NCBI GenBank assembly: GCA_965207595.1
Contig: CBDBMW010000012.1
Coordinates: 1,039,466 to 1,103,465, forward strand
Origin: Vicinamibacterales bacterium
GTDB lineage: Bacteria; Acidobacteriota; Vicinamibacteria; Vicinamibacterales; UBA8438
Direction of reading: 5' to 3'
Length of the DNA stretch: 64,000 nt
In this document: positions 36,046 to 44,799 of the stretch, piece after piece
How the letters are laid out: each line of letters opens with the position of its first letter
How positions within the stretch are numbered: the first letter of the stretch is position 1
Notes under the pieces: model-generated
Told to the model about the DNA's origin: nothing
Seen by the model: only the letters and a program-made list of their open reading frames with translations
Database searches by the model: none
Position numbers and translations under genes: made by a program

Positions 36046-38700
36046 ATGACGAACCCCTTGCGGGCCTTCGCCGTTCGACTGCTGAATCTGTTCCGCCGCC
36101 TTCCGCTCGAACGCGAGCTGGACGCGGAGCTTCAGGCGTACCTGGAGATGGAAGTCGACGAGAACGTCCGGCGCGGCATGGCTCCCCGGGAAGCGCGGCG
36201 CGCGGCGCTGGCCCGCCTGGGAGGCCTGGAGACGGTCAAGGAACAGTGCCGCGACGTGCACCGTTTCCGTGCCGTCGACGACTTGTGGCGGGACTTCCAG
36301 TTCGGGTTGCGCCGGTTGCGCGCGCGACCGATGCTTGCCGCGGTGGCGACCGCGGTCCTGGCCATCGGAATCGGTGCGAACGCCGTCATCTTCGCGCTGG
36401 TCGACGCCCTGCTGCTGCGGCCCCTGCCCGGCCCCGACCCCCATCGGCTGGTCGTGGTGTCCACGAGCGACTTCTCGAGCGGGCGGCCGGGCGCGAACTC
36501 CTGGCCGGACTTCCTCGACATTCGCGAGTCCACGCGCGACGTGTTCGAGCAGCTCACCGCCTCGTCGCTCGTTCCGGTGGGCGCACCCATCGGCGGAGAG
36601 ACCCGGGTCCTGTCCGCCGGGATGGTGGAGCCGAACTACTTCGCCACGATGGGATTGCGGCCGGTCCTCGGGCGCGGGTTCGTGGCGACCGAGACGCGCC
36701 CCGTTGCCGTCCTCGGCAACGCAGCGTGGCGGTCCGAGTTCGGCGGCGATCCGTCGGTGCTGGGCCGCGCGATTGTCCTCAACGGCGTGCCGTTCACGAT
36801 CGTGGGGGTGGCGCCCGTCGAGCTGGCTGCCCTGCAGAACCTCTTCCGCGTCGACCTCTGGCTGCCCGCGGCCTTCGAGCCGTCGGTACGGCTCGGCGAT
36901 GCCAGACAGGAGCAGCGCGGCGTCCGCGGGTACTCCATAGTCGGTCGACTGCAACAAGGCGTCAGTACCGACGAGGCAGGCGCCCGGCTGGCGGTAATCG
37001 GCCGGCGACTCCATCAGGCATACCCCGAGGAATGGACGAGCCTCGCCGGACAGCCACGATCCCTGACGGTCAGAGAAGCGCACGACGCGCGCCTGCCGTT
37101 CTCGGCGTTCGGTCCCCTGGCCGTGCTGACCGGACTGGTCGGCACGCTCCTGCTCATCGTCTGCGCCAACATCTCGGGCCTCCTGCTCGCCGACGCGTCG
37201 GTCCGCCGCCGCGAGATGTCGATCCGGCAGGCCCTGGGAGCGAGCCGCCCGAGACTGATCCGGCAGGTGGCCGTCGAGAGCCTCGGCCTCGGCCTGGTCG
37301 CGGGGGGCCTGGGCGTTGCCGCGGCATCGGTCGCCGTCCGGTACGTGACGCTGCTGGTACCGGACCTGCCGTTGCCCCTCCCCCTGCACCTGGACCTCGA
37401 GCCCGGCTGGCGCCTGCTCGTGGCGTCGCTGGCCGTGTCGTCGGGCGTGGGGCTCCTGGTGGGGTTCCTGCCCGCCCTGTACGCAACGCACGCCCGACCC
37501 GGCCACGGCAGCTTCTCGCAGACGAGGTTCCGCAACGCCCTGACCGCGATGCAGGCGACCGCCGCGGTCTTTCTCCTGATCGTCGCGGGTGCGTTCGCGC
37601 GCAGCATCGTGACCGCGTACGCCGTACCGCTCGGCTACGACACCGACGACCTGGCGCTCGTCACGGTCGATCTGGAGGCAGCCGGGTACTCCGAGGAGCG
37701 CGGTCGCGCGTACCTCCGACGGGTGTTCGAGGAGGTGCCGGCGGCCGAGGCCTCCGCGGCGCCGTTCCTGTCGCTCCAGGCGCGGTCCCGCATCGGCCTG
37801 GAAGTCGACGGGTACCGCTACCGGCCCGGAGAGGACCGGGAGGTGTACGCGAACCGCGTCAGTCCGGGTTTCGTTCGCCTGCTGGGCGTGCCTCTCGTTC
37901 GCGGCCGGGACCTCGAACCCGGAGAGCGGAACGCGGTGCTCGTCAACCGGGCGTTCGCGGAGCGGTTCTGGCCGGGGCGGAATGCGGTCGGCGGCCGACT
38001 CCGCCGACTGAGCCTGGATGCGCTTCTTGGTCGCGGGCCGAGCGACCCCGCGCGTCCGGCCGCCTTCCCGTGGTCCACCGTGGTCGGCGTGGTCGAGGAC
38101 GGCCAGTTCGTGTCGTTTCGAGAGGAAGGCGTGCCCGTCGTGTTCGCGTCCCTGGAGGACGTCTACTCCCCGCAGGTCACGTTCCACATCCGCGGCGTAT
38201 CGGCCGAAGCGGCACGAGAGGGCATCGGCCGGATCGATCCCGGCGTGCCCGTGGTGAACGTGGGGATGATGGTCGAGATGGTCGACGCGGCTCTGCTGCC
38301 GGCGTGGGCCGCGACGGTCGTGAGCGGCTTCGTCGGGGTCGGCGGCCTGCTTCTCGCCTGCATCGGGCTCTTCGGCACGCTGAGCTACGTCGTCGCGCAG
38401 CGCGCCCCGGAGATCGGCCTCCGCGTCGCGCTCGGGGCACGGCCGCTGCAGATCGTCCGGCTCGTCGCGGGAGGCGCCGGCGTGAAGCTGGTGACGGTCG
38501 GCGTCATCGCCGGAGCCGCCCTGGGCAGCGGAGTCTCGCCGCTGCTGCAGGCACAGTTCTCTCGCGCCGCAGGCCTGGATCCCCTCGCGTTCGTGGCGGT
38601 GGGGCTATGCCTCGCGCTGGTGGCCGCGGTTGCCGTGGGGTTGCCGGCCGCGCGCGCGCTCGGGATCGACCCCGCGGAGGTGCTGCGCGCCGAGGAGTAG
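36046..38700 (+). CDS. ADOP-family duplicated ABC permease: prefix like that of the 19340 gene, divergent body
   Basis: LERELDAELQAYL prefix; AIGIGANAVIFALV, LLIVCANISGLLLA, QRAPEIGLRVALGA. Confidence 0.9.
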   Translation: MTNPLRAFAVRLLNLFRRLPLERELDAELQAYLEMEVDENVRRGMAPREARRAALARLGGLETVKEQCRDVHRFRAVDDLWRDFQFGLRRLRARPMLAAVATAVLAIGIGANAVIFALVDALLLRPLPGPDPHRLVVVSTSDFSSGRPGANSWPDFLDIRESTRDVFEQLTASSLVPVGAPIGGETRVLSAGMVEPNYFATMGLRPVLGRGFVATETRPVAVLGNAAWRSEFGGDPSVLGRAIVLNGVPFTIVGVAPVELAALQNLFRVDLWLPAAFEPSVRLGDARQEQRGVRGYSIVGRLQQGVSTDEAGARLAVIGRRLHQAYPEEWTSLAGQPRSLTVREAHDARLPFSAFGPLAVLTGLVGTLLLIVCANISGLLLADASVRRREMSIRQALGASRPRLIRQVAVESLGLGLVAGGLGVAAASVAVRYVTLLVPDLPLPLPLHLDLEPGWRLLVASLAVSSGVGLLVGFLPALYATHARPGHGSFSQTRFRNALTAMQATAAVFLLIVAGAFARSIVTAYAVPLGYDTDDLALVTVDLEAAGYSEERGRAYLRRVFEEVPAAEASAAPFLSLQARSRIGLEVDGYRYRPGEDREVYANRVSPGFVRLLGVPLVRGRDLEPGERNAVLVNRAFAERFWPGRNAVGGRLRRLSLDALLGRGPSDPARPAAFPWSTVVGVVEDGQFVSFREEGVPVVFASLEDVYSPQVTFHIRGVSAEAAREGIGRIDPGVPVVNVGMMVEMVDAALLPAWAATVVSGFVGVGGLLLACIGLFGTLSYVVAQRAPEIGLRVALGARPLQIVRLVAGGAGVKLVTVGVIAGAALGSGVSPLLQAQFSRAAGLDPLAFVAVGLCLALVAAVAVGLPAARALGIDPAEVLRAEE

Positions 38701-38708
38701 GGTGCGGG

Positions 38709-39074
38709 TCAGGTCCGGGGCCGCCGCCGGTCGCGCTTCGCCTTCGCGTTCTTGTCGACGCGCAGCTTCCACGCGGTGCGCAGCGCGCCCGCCACGGTCT
38801 CCTCGTCGGCCGCGGCCAGGCGGATGTGCGTCATGCCCATGCGGCCCCAGCCGCCGGCGATGGGCACGAAGACCGCGGGCGCCTCGGCGACGAACATCGC
38901 CTGGACCTCGGGCGAGAGCATGAGGTTGCCGTAGCCCTCTGCCTCGTGGGCGAGGGTGGCGAAGATCCGGCCGCCGACGCGGAAGTCGGCGGCGCCCATG
39001 TGCGAGCGCTCCTCCGCCCCGTCGAGGACGAGCGCGAGGCGGCGGAAGTCGTCGGCGGTCGCCACGCCGCCCAT
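38709..39074 (-). CDS. MmcQ/YjbR-family putative DNA-binding protein
   Basis: DDFRRLALVLDGAEERSHMGAADFRVGGRIFATL, GGWGRMGMTHIRL. Confidence 0.85.
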   Translation of the reverse strand: MGGVATADDFRRLALVLDGAEERSHMGAADFRVGGRIFATLAHEAEGYGNLMLSPEVQAMFVAEAPAVFVPIAGGWGRMGMTHIRLAAADEETVAGALRTAWKLRVDKNAKAKRDRRRPRT

Positions 39075-39195
39075 CCTCGCAGGTCGGCCCGGGGCCGTCC
39101 AGGGCTGCAGCCCCGCAGGCGACGGCCGCCGGCGGTGGTAGCCGACGAGTCGTTCGCGATCTTCGCCGCCGCACCACCCCGCGAGGGCCGCCGCT

Positions 39196-40032
39196 TCAGC
39201 CGACCGCCAGCGACGCGTTGCGCACGTCGGTGACCAGCATGTGCGCCGGCGTGTGGGTGATCGCGATGGGCGGGCGCGCCGCGCGCAGCGCCACCTGCGG
39301 GGTCACGCCGCACGCCCAGAAGACCGGCATTTCGCCGGGGACGATGACGGGATCGTCACCCTCCCATGCACGCCCGATGTCCGCGATCCCGATGCGCTCC
39401 GGCATGCCGAGATGGACCGGCGCGCCGTGCACGCGCGGGTAGCGGCTCGTGATCTGCACCGCCTTGATGGCGTCCGCGGGCGGGAACGGCCGCATCGAGA
39501 CCACCATGCGGCTGCGGAAGCGGCCGGCCGGCGCGCACTCGATGTCGGTCAGGTACATCGGGCAGACGCCGCCGTCGTTCCAGTGCCGAAGGGTGAGGCC
39601 GGCGTCGACGAGGGCCTCCTCGAACGAGAAGGAGCACCCGAGCGCGAACGCCACGAAGTCCGCCTGCCAGAGATCGCCGATGCTCGCGACGTCGCCGTCG
39701 GCCTCGCCGTCGCGGTAGACCCGGTAGCTCGGTAGATCGGTGCGCAGGTCGAGGTCGCGGGCAAGCTCCGGCAGGTGCGGGCGGCCCGGCTCCGACATCG
39801 CAAGCAACGGGCAGGGCTTGGGATTGCGCTGGCAGAAGCGCGCGAACTCGTCGGCGTAGGCCGCCGGCAGCACGACGAGGTTGGCCTGCACGTAGCCCCG
39901 GGCGAGCCCGCCCGTCTGCCCGCGGTGCGCGCCCGAGCGGATCCGGCGCCGGACCTCTACGGGGTCAGAGCCGTCCCAGTCGGCACCAGGCCGCGGCGCG
40001 AGCGCGACGGTGCGGGTTCCGGTCGCGTTCAT
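39196..40032 (-). CDS. DUF1445 putative hydro-lyase (D-glutamate cyclase-like family)
   Basis: GYVQANLVVLP, FCQRNPKPCPLL, DLRTDLPSYRVY, GCSFSFE, FWACGVTPQ, ITHTPAHMLVTD. Confidence 0.88.
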   Translation of the reverse strand: MNATGTRTVALAPRPGADWDGSDPVEVRRRIRSGAHRGQTGGLARGYVQANLVVLPAAYADEFARFCQRNPKPCPLLAMSEPGRPHLPELARDLDLRTDLPSYRVYRDGEADGDVASIGDLWQADFVAFALGCSFSFEEALVDAGLTLRHWNDGGVCPMYLTDIECAPAGRFRSRMVVSMRPFPPADAIKAVQITSRYPRVHGAPVHLGMPERIGIADIGRAWEGDDPVIVPGEMPVFWACGVTPQVALRAARPPIAITHTPAHMLVTDVRNASLAVG

Positions 40033-40152
40033 GGCGTGCTCCTCCGACCACATTGTATGGCTGCGCTACCGGCAGAGTCCGCTCCTGCGGTGCCGCACGA
40101 GTGGCGGCGTCGCAGACCCGTGGCTGGCGGCGGCCGCGTGCGATACTGGCCC

Positions 40153-41766
40153 GTGGGCCGCTTCTTCAACACGACCGGTCCTGTGGTTGCGACGGACCAC
40201 TACTGCATCCCGCCCCTGGACCGCCTGGATCTCCGCGAGGTGCTCGACCTCGTCCGCACGGCGCGCTACTTCGTGCTTCACGCCCCGCGGCAGACGGGCA
40301 AGACGTCCGCTCTGCTGGCGCTGCGCGACCTGCTGAACAGCGGCACGGAAGGCGAGTACCGGTGCGTGTACGTCAACGTCGAGGTAGGCCAGGCGGGACG
40401 CGAAGACGTCGACCGGGCGATGCGGGCGATGCTCACCCAGCTCGCAGCGCGCTGTCGGTTGACGCTCGGGGACGACCTCGTGAGCCGGATCTGGCCCGAC
40501 ACCCTGCAGCGATCCGGGCCGGACGCGGCGCTGCAGGAAGTCGTCAGCCGCCTGGCCGAAGCGGACCCGCGGCCGCTGGTCCTGCTCATCGACGAGATCG
40601 ATGCCCTCGTGGGCGACACCCTGCTGTCGGTACTGCGGCAGCTCCGCGCCGGCTATGACCTTCGCCCGGCGGGCTTCCCGCAGAGCGTCGTGCTCTGCGG
40701 GGTGCGGGACGTGCGGGACTACCGCATCCACTCCAGCGCCGAGAAGACCGTCGTCGCCGGCGGCAGCGCCTTCAACGTCAAGGCCCGCTCCCTGCGCCTC
40801 GGCGACTTCTCCCGCGACGACGTGCTCGCCCTCCTCGCCCAGCACACCGCCGAGACCGGGCAGGCGTTCGACGCCGACGCCCTCGACACGATCTGGGAGC
40901 GGACCCGCGGCCAGCCCTGGCTGGTCAACGCCCTCGCCGACGAGGCCTGCTTCCGGAGCGAGGCCGGCCGCGACCGCACCCGCGCGATCCGTGCCAGCGA
41001 CATCCACGACGCGCAGGAGCGCATCGTCCTGCGGCGCGAGACGCACCTCGATCAGTTGGCGGACAAGCTCCGCGAGGACCGGGTGCGCCGCGTCGTCGGG
41101 CCGCTGCTGAGCGGCGGCGACGAACGCGACTTCTCCGCCCGCGACATCGAGTACGTCCGCGACCTCGGCCTCGTCGCCGCCGAGCCTCCGCTCCGCATCG
41201 CCAACCCGATCTACGCCGAGGTGGTCCCGCGCGAGCTCACCGCGGCCGCCCAGGAAGGGCTGGTCCAGGAGCTTGCGTGGTACGTCGACGCCGGCGGCGG
41301 CCTCCTGGTCGGCAAGCTGCTCGCCGCCTTCCAGGCCTTCTTCCGCGAGCACTCCGAGCACTGGGTGGCGCGCTTCGACTACCGGGAGGCCGGACCGCAG
41401 CTCCTCCTCCAGGCCTTCCTGCAGCGCATCGTCAACGGCGGCGGCCGCATCGAGCGCCAGTACGGCCTCGGCCGGGGACGCACGGACCTCCTCATCGTCT
41501 GGCCGCAACCTGGCGACGGACCGGACACGGGAGGCGCGGCGCCCGGGCGGGAGCGCAAGTTCGTAGTCGAGTGCAAGGTGCTCCGCAAGAGCCTGGAGCG
41601 GACCATCCGCGACGGCCTGGAGCAGACCGCGGCCTACATGGACCGCTGCGCCGCCGAGGCGGGCCATCTCGTCGTCTTCGACCGCAGCGAGGCCCCCTGG
41701 GACGACAAGATCTTCCACCGCCCCGCCCCCACCGGCGGCCCCGCCATCGACGTCTGGGGCATGTAG
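40153..41766 (+). CDS. AAA-like ATPase (AAA_35-like) with a C-terminal PD-(D/E)XK-like domain
   Basis: RFFNTTGPV, HAPRQTGKTS, LLIDEIDAL, GQPWLVNAL, GRGRTDLLI...FVVECK. Confidence 0.85.
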   Translation: MGRFFNTTGPVVATDHYCIPPLDRLDLREVLDLVRTARYFVLHAPRQTGKTSALLALRDLLNSGTEGEYRCVYVNVEVGQAGREDVDRAMRAMLTQLAARCRLTLGDDLVSRIWPDTLQRSGPDAALQEVVSRLAEADPRPLVLLIDEIDALVGDTLLSVLRQLRAGYDLRPAGFPQSVVLCGVRDVRDYRIHSSAEKTVVAGGSAFNVKARSLRLGDFSRDDVLALLAQHTAETGQAFDADALDTIWERTRGQPWLVNALADEACFRSEAGRDRTRAIRASDIHDAQERIVLRRETHLDQLADKLREDRVRRVVGPLLSGGDERDFSARDIEYVRDLGLVAAEPPLRIANPIYAEVVPRELTAAAQEGLVQELAWYVDAGGGLLVGKLLAAFQAFFREHSEHWVARFDYREAGPQLLLQAFLQRIVNGGGRIERQYGLGRGRTDLLIVWPQPGDGPDTGGAAPGRERKFVVECKVLRKSLERTIRDGLEQTAAYMDRCAAEAGHLVVFDRSEAPWDDKIFHRPAPTGGPAIDVWGM

Positions 41767-41846
41767 GGCGGCGGCCGCCGTTGGCGACCGCGCGCAAGCA
41801 CCCTTGACGACGTCGAGCCGTGTCGGAGACCTACCGGCAGGCTACG

Positions 41847-42320
41847 TCAGGCGCCACCGGGTACCTCACGTCGCTGCGTCTCCTGGGGCGACGGGCCGCC
41901 GTCCACTACACGCAGGAGGTCAACGATGGCGTGCTCGATCGGACGCGACGAGGGGAATAGCGCCTTGCTATAGAGCCAGCCGCGCCGCCTGTGACCTACG
42001 TCAACGAGCCCCGTACGCACCGACTTCGGCTTCGTGTCGACCGCAATCGTTCCGTCGGACCCGGTTGTCATCTCGCTCCTGCCCACCGAGCGCGCGACTC
42101 GCGGGGCCGGCCGCCGCACGTCGTCGAGGATGAAGTACAAGCGGTCTCTGGTGGCAACGATCCACGTGTGCTGCTTGGACGTCTCGAAAATGAGGAGACT
42201 ACGCGCGTCTTCCGGCGACTCTCTCGACGAATCGTATCCCCTGGACTTCTCGATGCTCCGGCGGATCTCGCCCTCGCTCGAGAACGCCCGATAACCGAGC
42301 AGGCTCTCAACCAGATTCAC
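41847..42320 (-). CDS. Hypothetical protein, 157 aa
   Basis: Protein-like composition, lower GC than the flanks, GAGGAG RBS and overlap with an upstream short reading frame; no family recognised. Confidence 0.65.
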   Translation of the reverse strand: MNLVESLLGYRAFSSEGEIRRSIEKSRGYDSSRESPEDARSLLIFETSKQHTWIVATRDRLYFILDDVRRPAPRVARSVGRSEMTTGSDGTIAVDTKPKSVRTGLVDVGHRRRGWLYSKALFPSSRPIEHAIVDLLRVVDGGPSPQETQRREVPGGA

Positions 42321-42431
42321 GGCATCTTCTCCTCTTCGTCCTGCTCCTCTTCCCTGAGGCTCCCTGATGCCATCGAGAGCAGCCGGGGAAGCAAGGTTGC
42401 CGGGTACCGAGACGGCACGGCCCCGACGACC

Positions 42432-44453
42432 TCACTCCGGCAGGACGAGAGCCACCAGCTGGGGAACGTCGCCGCCTACAGTCAGGGCGATGTACTGCCG
42501 GCCCTCGTGCAGGTAGGTCATCGGGGTGCCGATGGGGCCGCCGGGGAGGTCGACGGAGGCGAGGATCTCGCCTGTCGCCTTGTCGCGGGTGACGAGCCGG
42601 GGACCGTCGTCGGTGCCGCCGGCGGTCAGTCCGCTGACGACCAGGGTCTTCGTCACCACGACGCCGCCGCGGCCGTCACCGCCGAGGGGCGGGAGGTCGA
42701 GGTCCCGCAGCAGCGGGTGGCGGCGGTAGCGGTTGCCGTCGCCGTTCGGCTGCATCCAGGCGTGCTCGCCGGCGTTGAGGTCGATGGCCGTCATCCGCGT
42801 GTAGGGCGGCTTCAGCAGCGGCAGCCCGTTCGGCATGCGCGGCTGCACGCCCGCCGCGAGCCCGAGCATCGTGTGGCGGAGGTTGCCTCCCTCGGCCGGG
42901 TCCGGCGTGTAGTACTTGATCACCGAGAAGTCGTTGACCGACGGGACGTAGAGCAGGCCGGTCTCGGGGTCGACGCCGGAGCCCGCCCAGCCGGCGCCGC
43001 CGCCGACGTGGGGGCGCTGGATGGTGCCCTGCAGGCCGCCGTCGACGCTCGCCATCGGCGGCGTGAAGAGCGGCCCAAGCCGGAAGTCGGCCACGGCCTC
43101 GATGGCCATCTGGCGGATCTCAGGCGTGAAGTCGACCAGGTCGTCGACGGTGACGCCCTGGTACTCGAACGGCGGCGGCTTCGTCGGGAACGGCTGGGTC
43201 GGCGACAGCACCTCCCCGTCGAGGTCGGTGTCGGTCTCCACGGGGCGCTCCTCGATCGGCCAGACCGGATCGCCCGTCACGCGGTCGAAGACGTAGGTGA
43301 AGCCCTGCTTGCTGACCTGCGCGATGGCCTTGATGGGGCGGCCGTCGACGGTGATGTCAATCAGGCTCGGGGCGGCCGGGAAGTCGTAGTCCCAGACGCC
43401 GTGGTGCACGGCCTGGAAGTGCCACATCCGCTGGCCGGTCTCGATGTCGACGGCGACGAGGCTCTCCGCGAAGAGGTTGTCGCCCGGCCGCTGGCCGCCC
43501 CAGTAGTCGCCGGTCGGCGTGCCGGTCGGGAGGTAGACGTAGCCGGTCTCCTCGTCCGCCGTCAGCATCGACCAGACGTTCGTGTTGCCCGAGTAGCGCC
43601 ACGACTCGTTGCCCCACGTCTCGGCGCCGAAGTCGTCGCCCTGGGGCACGGTGCGGAACATCCAGCGGACATCCCCGGTCCGCGCGTCGACGCCCTTGAG
43701 CCAGCCGGGAGGCGCCTCCTGCGTGATGGCCTCGTCGGAGATGATGTTGGGGGTGACGACGACGTCGCGCGCGACGATGGGCGGCGACGCCACGCCCATG
43801 AGGTTCCGTCCCCGGTGGTTGGTGCCGCCCCGGACGGCGCGCGGGATGCCCTCCATCAGATCGACGCGGCCGTCGTCGCCGAACTCCGCCACCGGCACCC
43901 CGGTCTTGGCGTCGAGCGCGATCAGGTAGGCCTCGTTCGTGCCGAAGAAGATGCGCTCGTCGTCGCCGTCCGACCAGTAGGCGACCCCGCGCGAGTTGTA
44001 GAAGTGGGTCGGGAGCCCCGCGAGGTAGGCCTGCGGGTCGTGCACCCAGATCGTCTCCCCCGTGGCGGCGTCGATGGCCGCCACCTGGTGCAGCGCGGTC
44101 GAGATGTAGAGCACGCCGCCCACCATCAGCGGGGTCGCCTGGAACATCCGGAACCCGAAGCGGGGCCGCCCCTCGCTCATCGCCTCGAGGTCCAGCGCCT
44201 CGTCGGCCGACGTCCAGCGCCACGCCAGGCGGAGGTCGGCGAAGTTCGAGGCGTCGATCTGATCCAGTGGCGAGTACTTCGTGCTGCCGAGGTCGCCCCC
44301 GTAGCTGCGCCACTCGCCGTCGGTGGCGCCGTACTGGGCCGCCGCGGCGGCGGGGACCAGGGTGACGGCGCCGAGAGTCAGGACCGCGGCCCCGCGCACC
44401 AGGAGAGCCACCGCCGGTCGCCGGTTGGAACGATGCCGTGTGGCTGAGAACAT
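42432..44453 (-). CDS. PQQ-dependent dehydrogenase (quinoprotein GDH-like)
   Basis: Signal peptide, GEWRSYGGDLGSTKYSPLDQID, FQATPLMVGG, HFQAVHHGVWDYDFP, GTPMTY; GGAGG RBS before ATG 44453. Confidence 0.9.
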   Translation of the reverse strand: MFSATRHRSNRRPAVALLVRGAAVLTLGAVTLVPAAAAAQYGATDGEWRSYGGDLGSTKYSPLDQIDASNFADLRLAWRWTSADEALDLEAMSEGRPRFGFRMFQATPLMVGGVLYISTALHQVAAIDAATGETIWVHDPQAYLAGLPTHFYNSRGVAYWSDGDDERIFFGTNEAYLIALDAKTGVPVAEFGDDGRVDLMEGIPRAVRGGTNHRGRNLMGVASPPIVARDVVVTPNIISDEAITQEAPPGWLKGVDARTGDVRWMFRTVPQGDDFGAETWGNESWRYSGNTNVWSMLTADEETGYVYLPTGTPTGDYWGGQRPGDNLFAESLVAVDIETGQRMWHFQAVHHGVWDYDFPAAPSLIDITVDGRPIKAIAQVSKQGFTYVFDRVTGDPVWPIEERPVETDTDLDGEVLSPTQPFPTKPPPFEYQGVTVDDLVDFTPEIRQMAIEAVADFRLGPLFTPPMASVDGGLQGTIQRPHVGGGAGWAGSGVDPETGLLYVPSVNDFSVIKYYTPDPAEGGNLRHTMLGLAAGVQPRMPNGLPLLKPPYTRMTAIDLNAGEHAWMQPNGDGNRYRRHPLLRDLDLPPLGGDGRGGVVVTKTLVVSGLTAGGTDDGPRLVTRDKATGEILASVDLPGGPIGTPMTYLHEGRQYIALTVGGDVPQLVALVLPE

Positions 44454-44799
44454 GATGACCTCCGTCGCAGAGAGTCCTGGCCGCCGGGACACGGCGGGCC
44501 GCACGGCGCCGACCGACGCAACTCGCCGTGAGACGTCCGATCGGCGTTTTCCCGCGCCTCGCGCCTGCCGGTGTCGCACGCCTCCGACGGCCGCGGCGGA
44601 CGCCGCAACGCCGGGCGCTCCACTGTCGCACGTCTCCGCCCATGAGGCAACGCGCCCGGCGATGGGCTCCGCCCGCGACCGGGCCGTTGCCGCCACGGCA
44701 CTGCTTGCCACCACTCTCGCGGCTGCGGGAGAATGCGCCGTCCGCGCGTCCTTGGCCAGCGTCTGAACCGATGAGGAGTTCCTCGCGAGGTACCGACCC

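Noticed and set aside
39100-39135. 12-bp match (CGTCGCCTGCGG, minus strand) to the arm of the hipA insertion
   Set aside because: No TIR hairpin or CTAG-like boundary nearby; too short to call a third copy without a profile search
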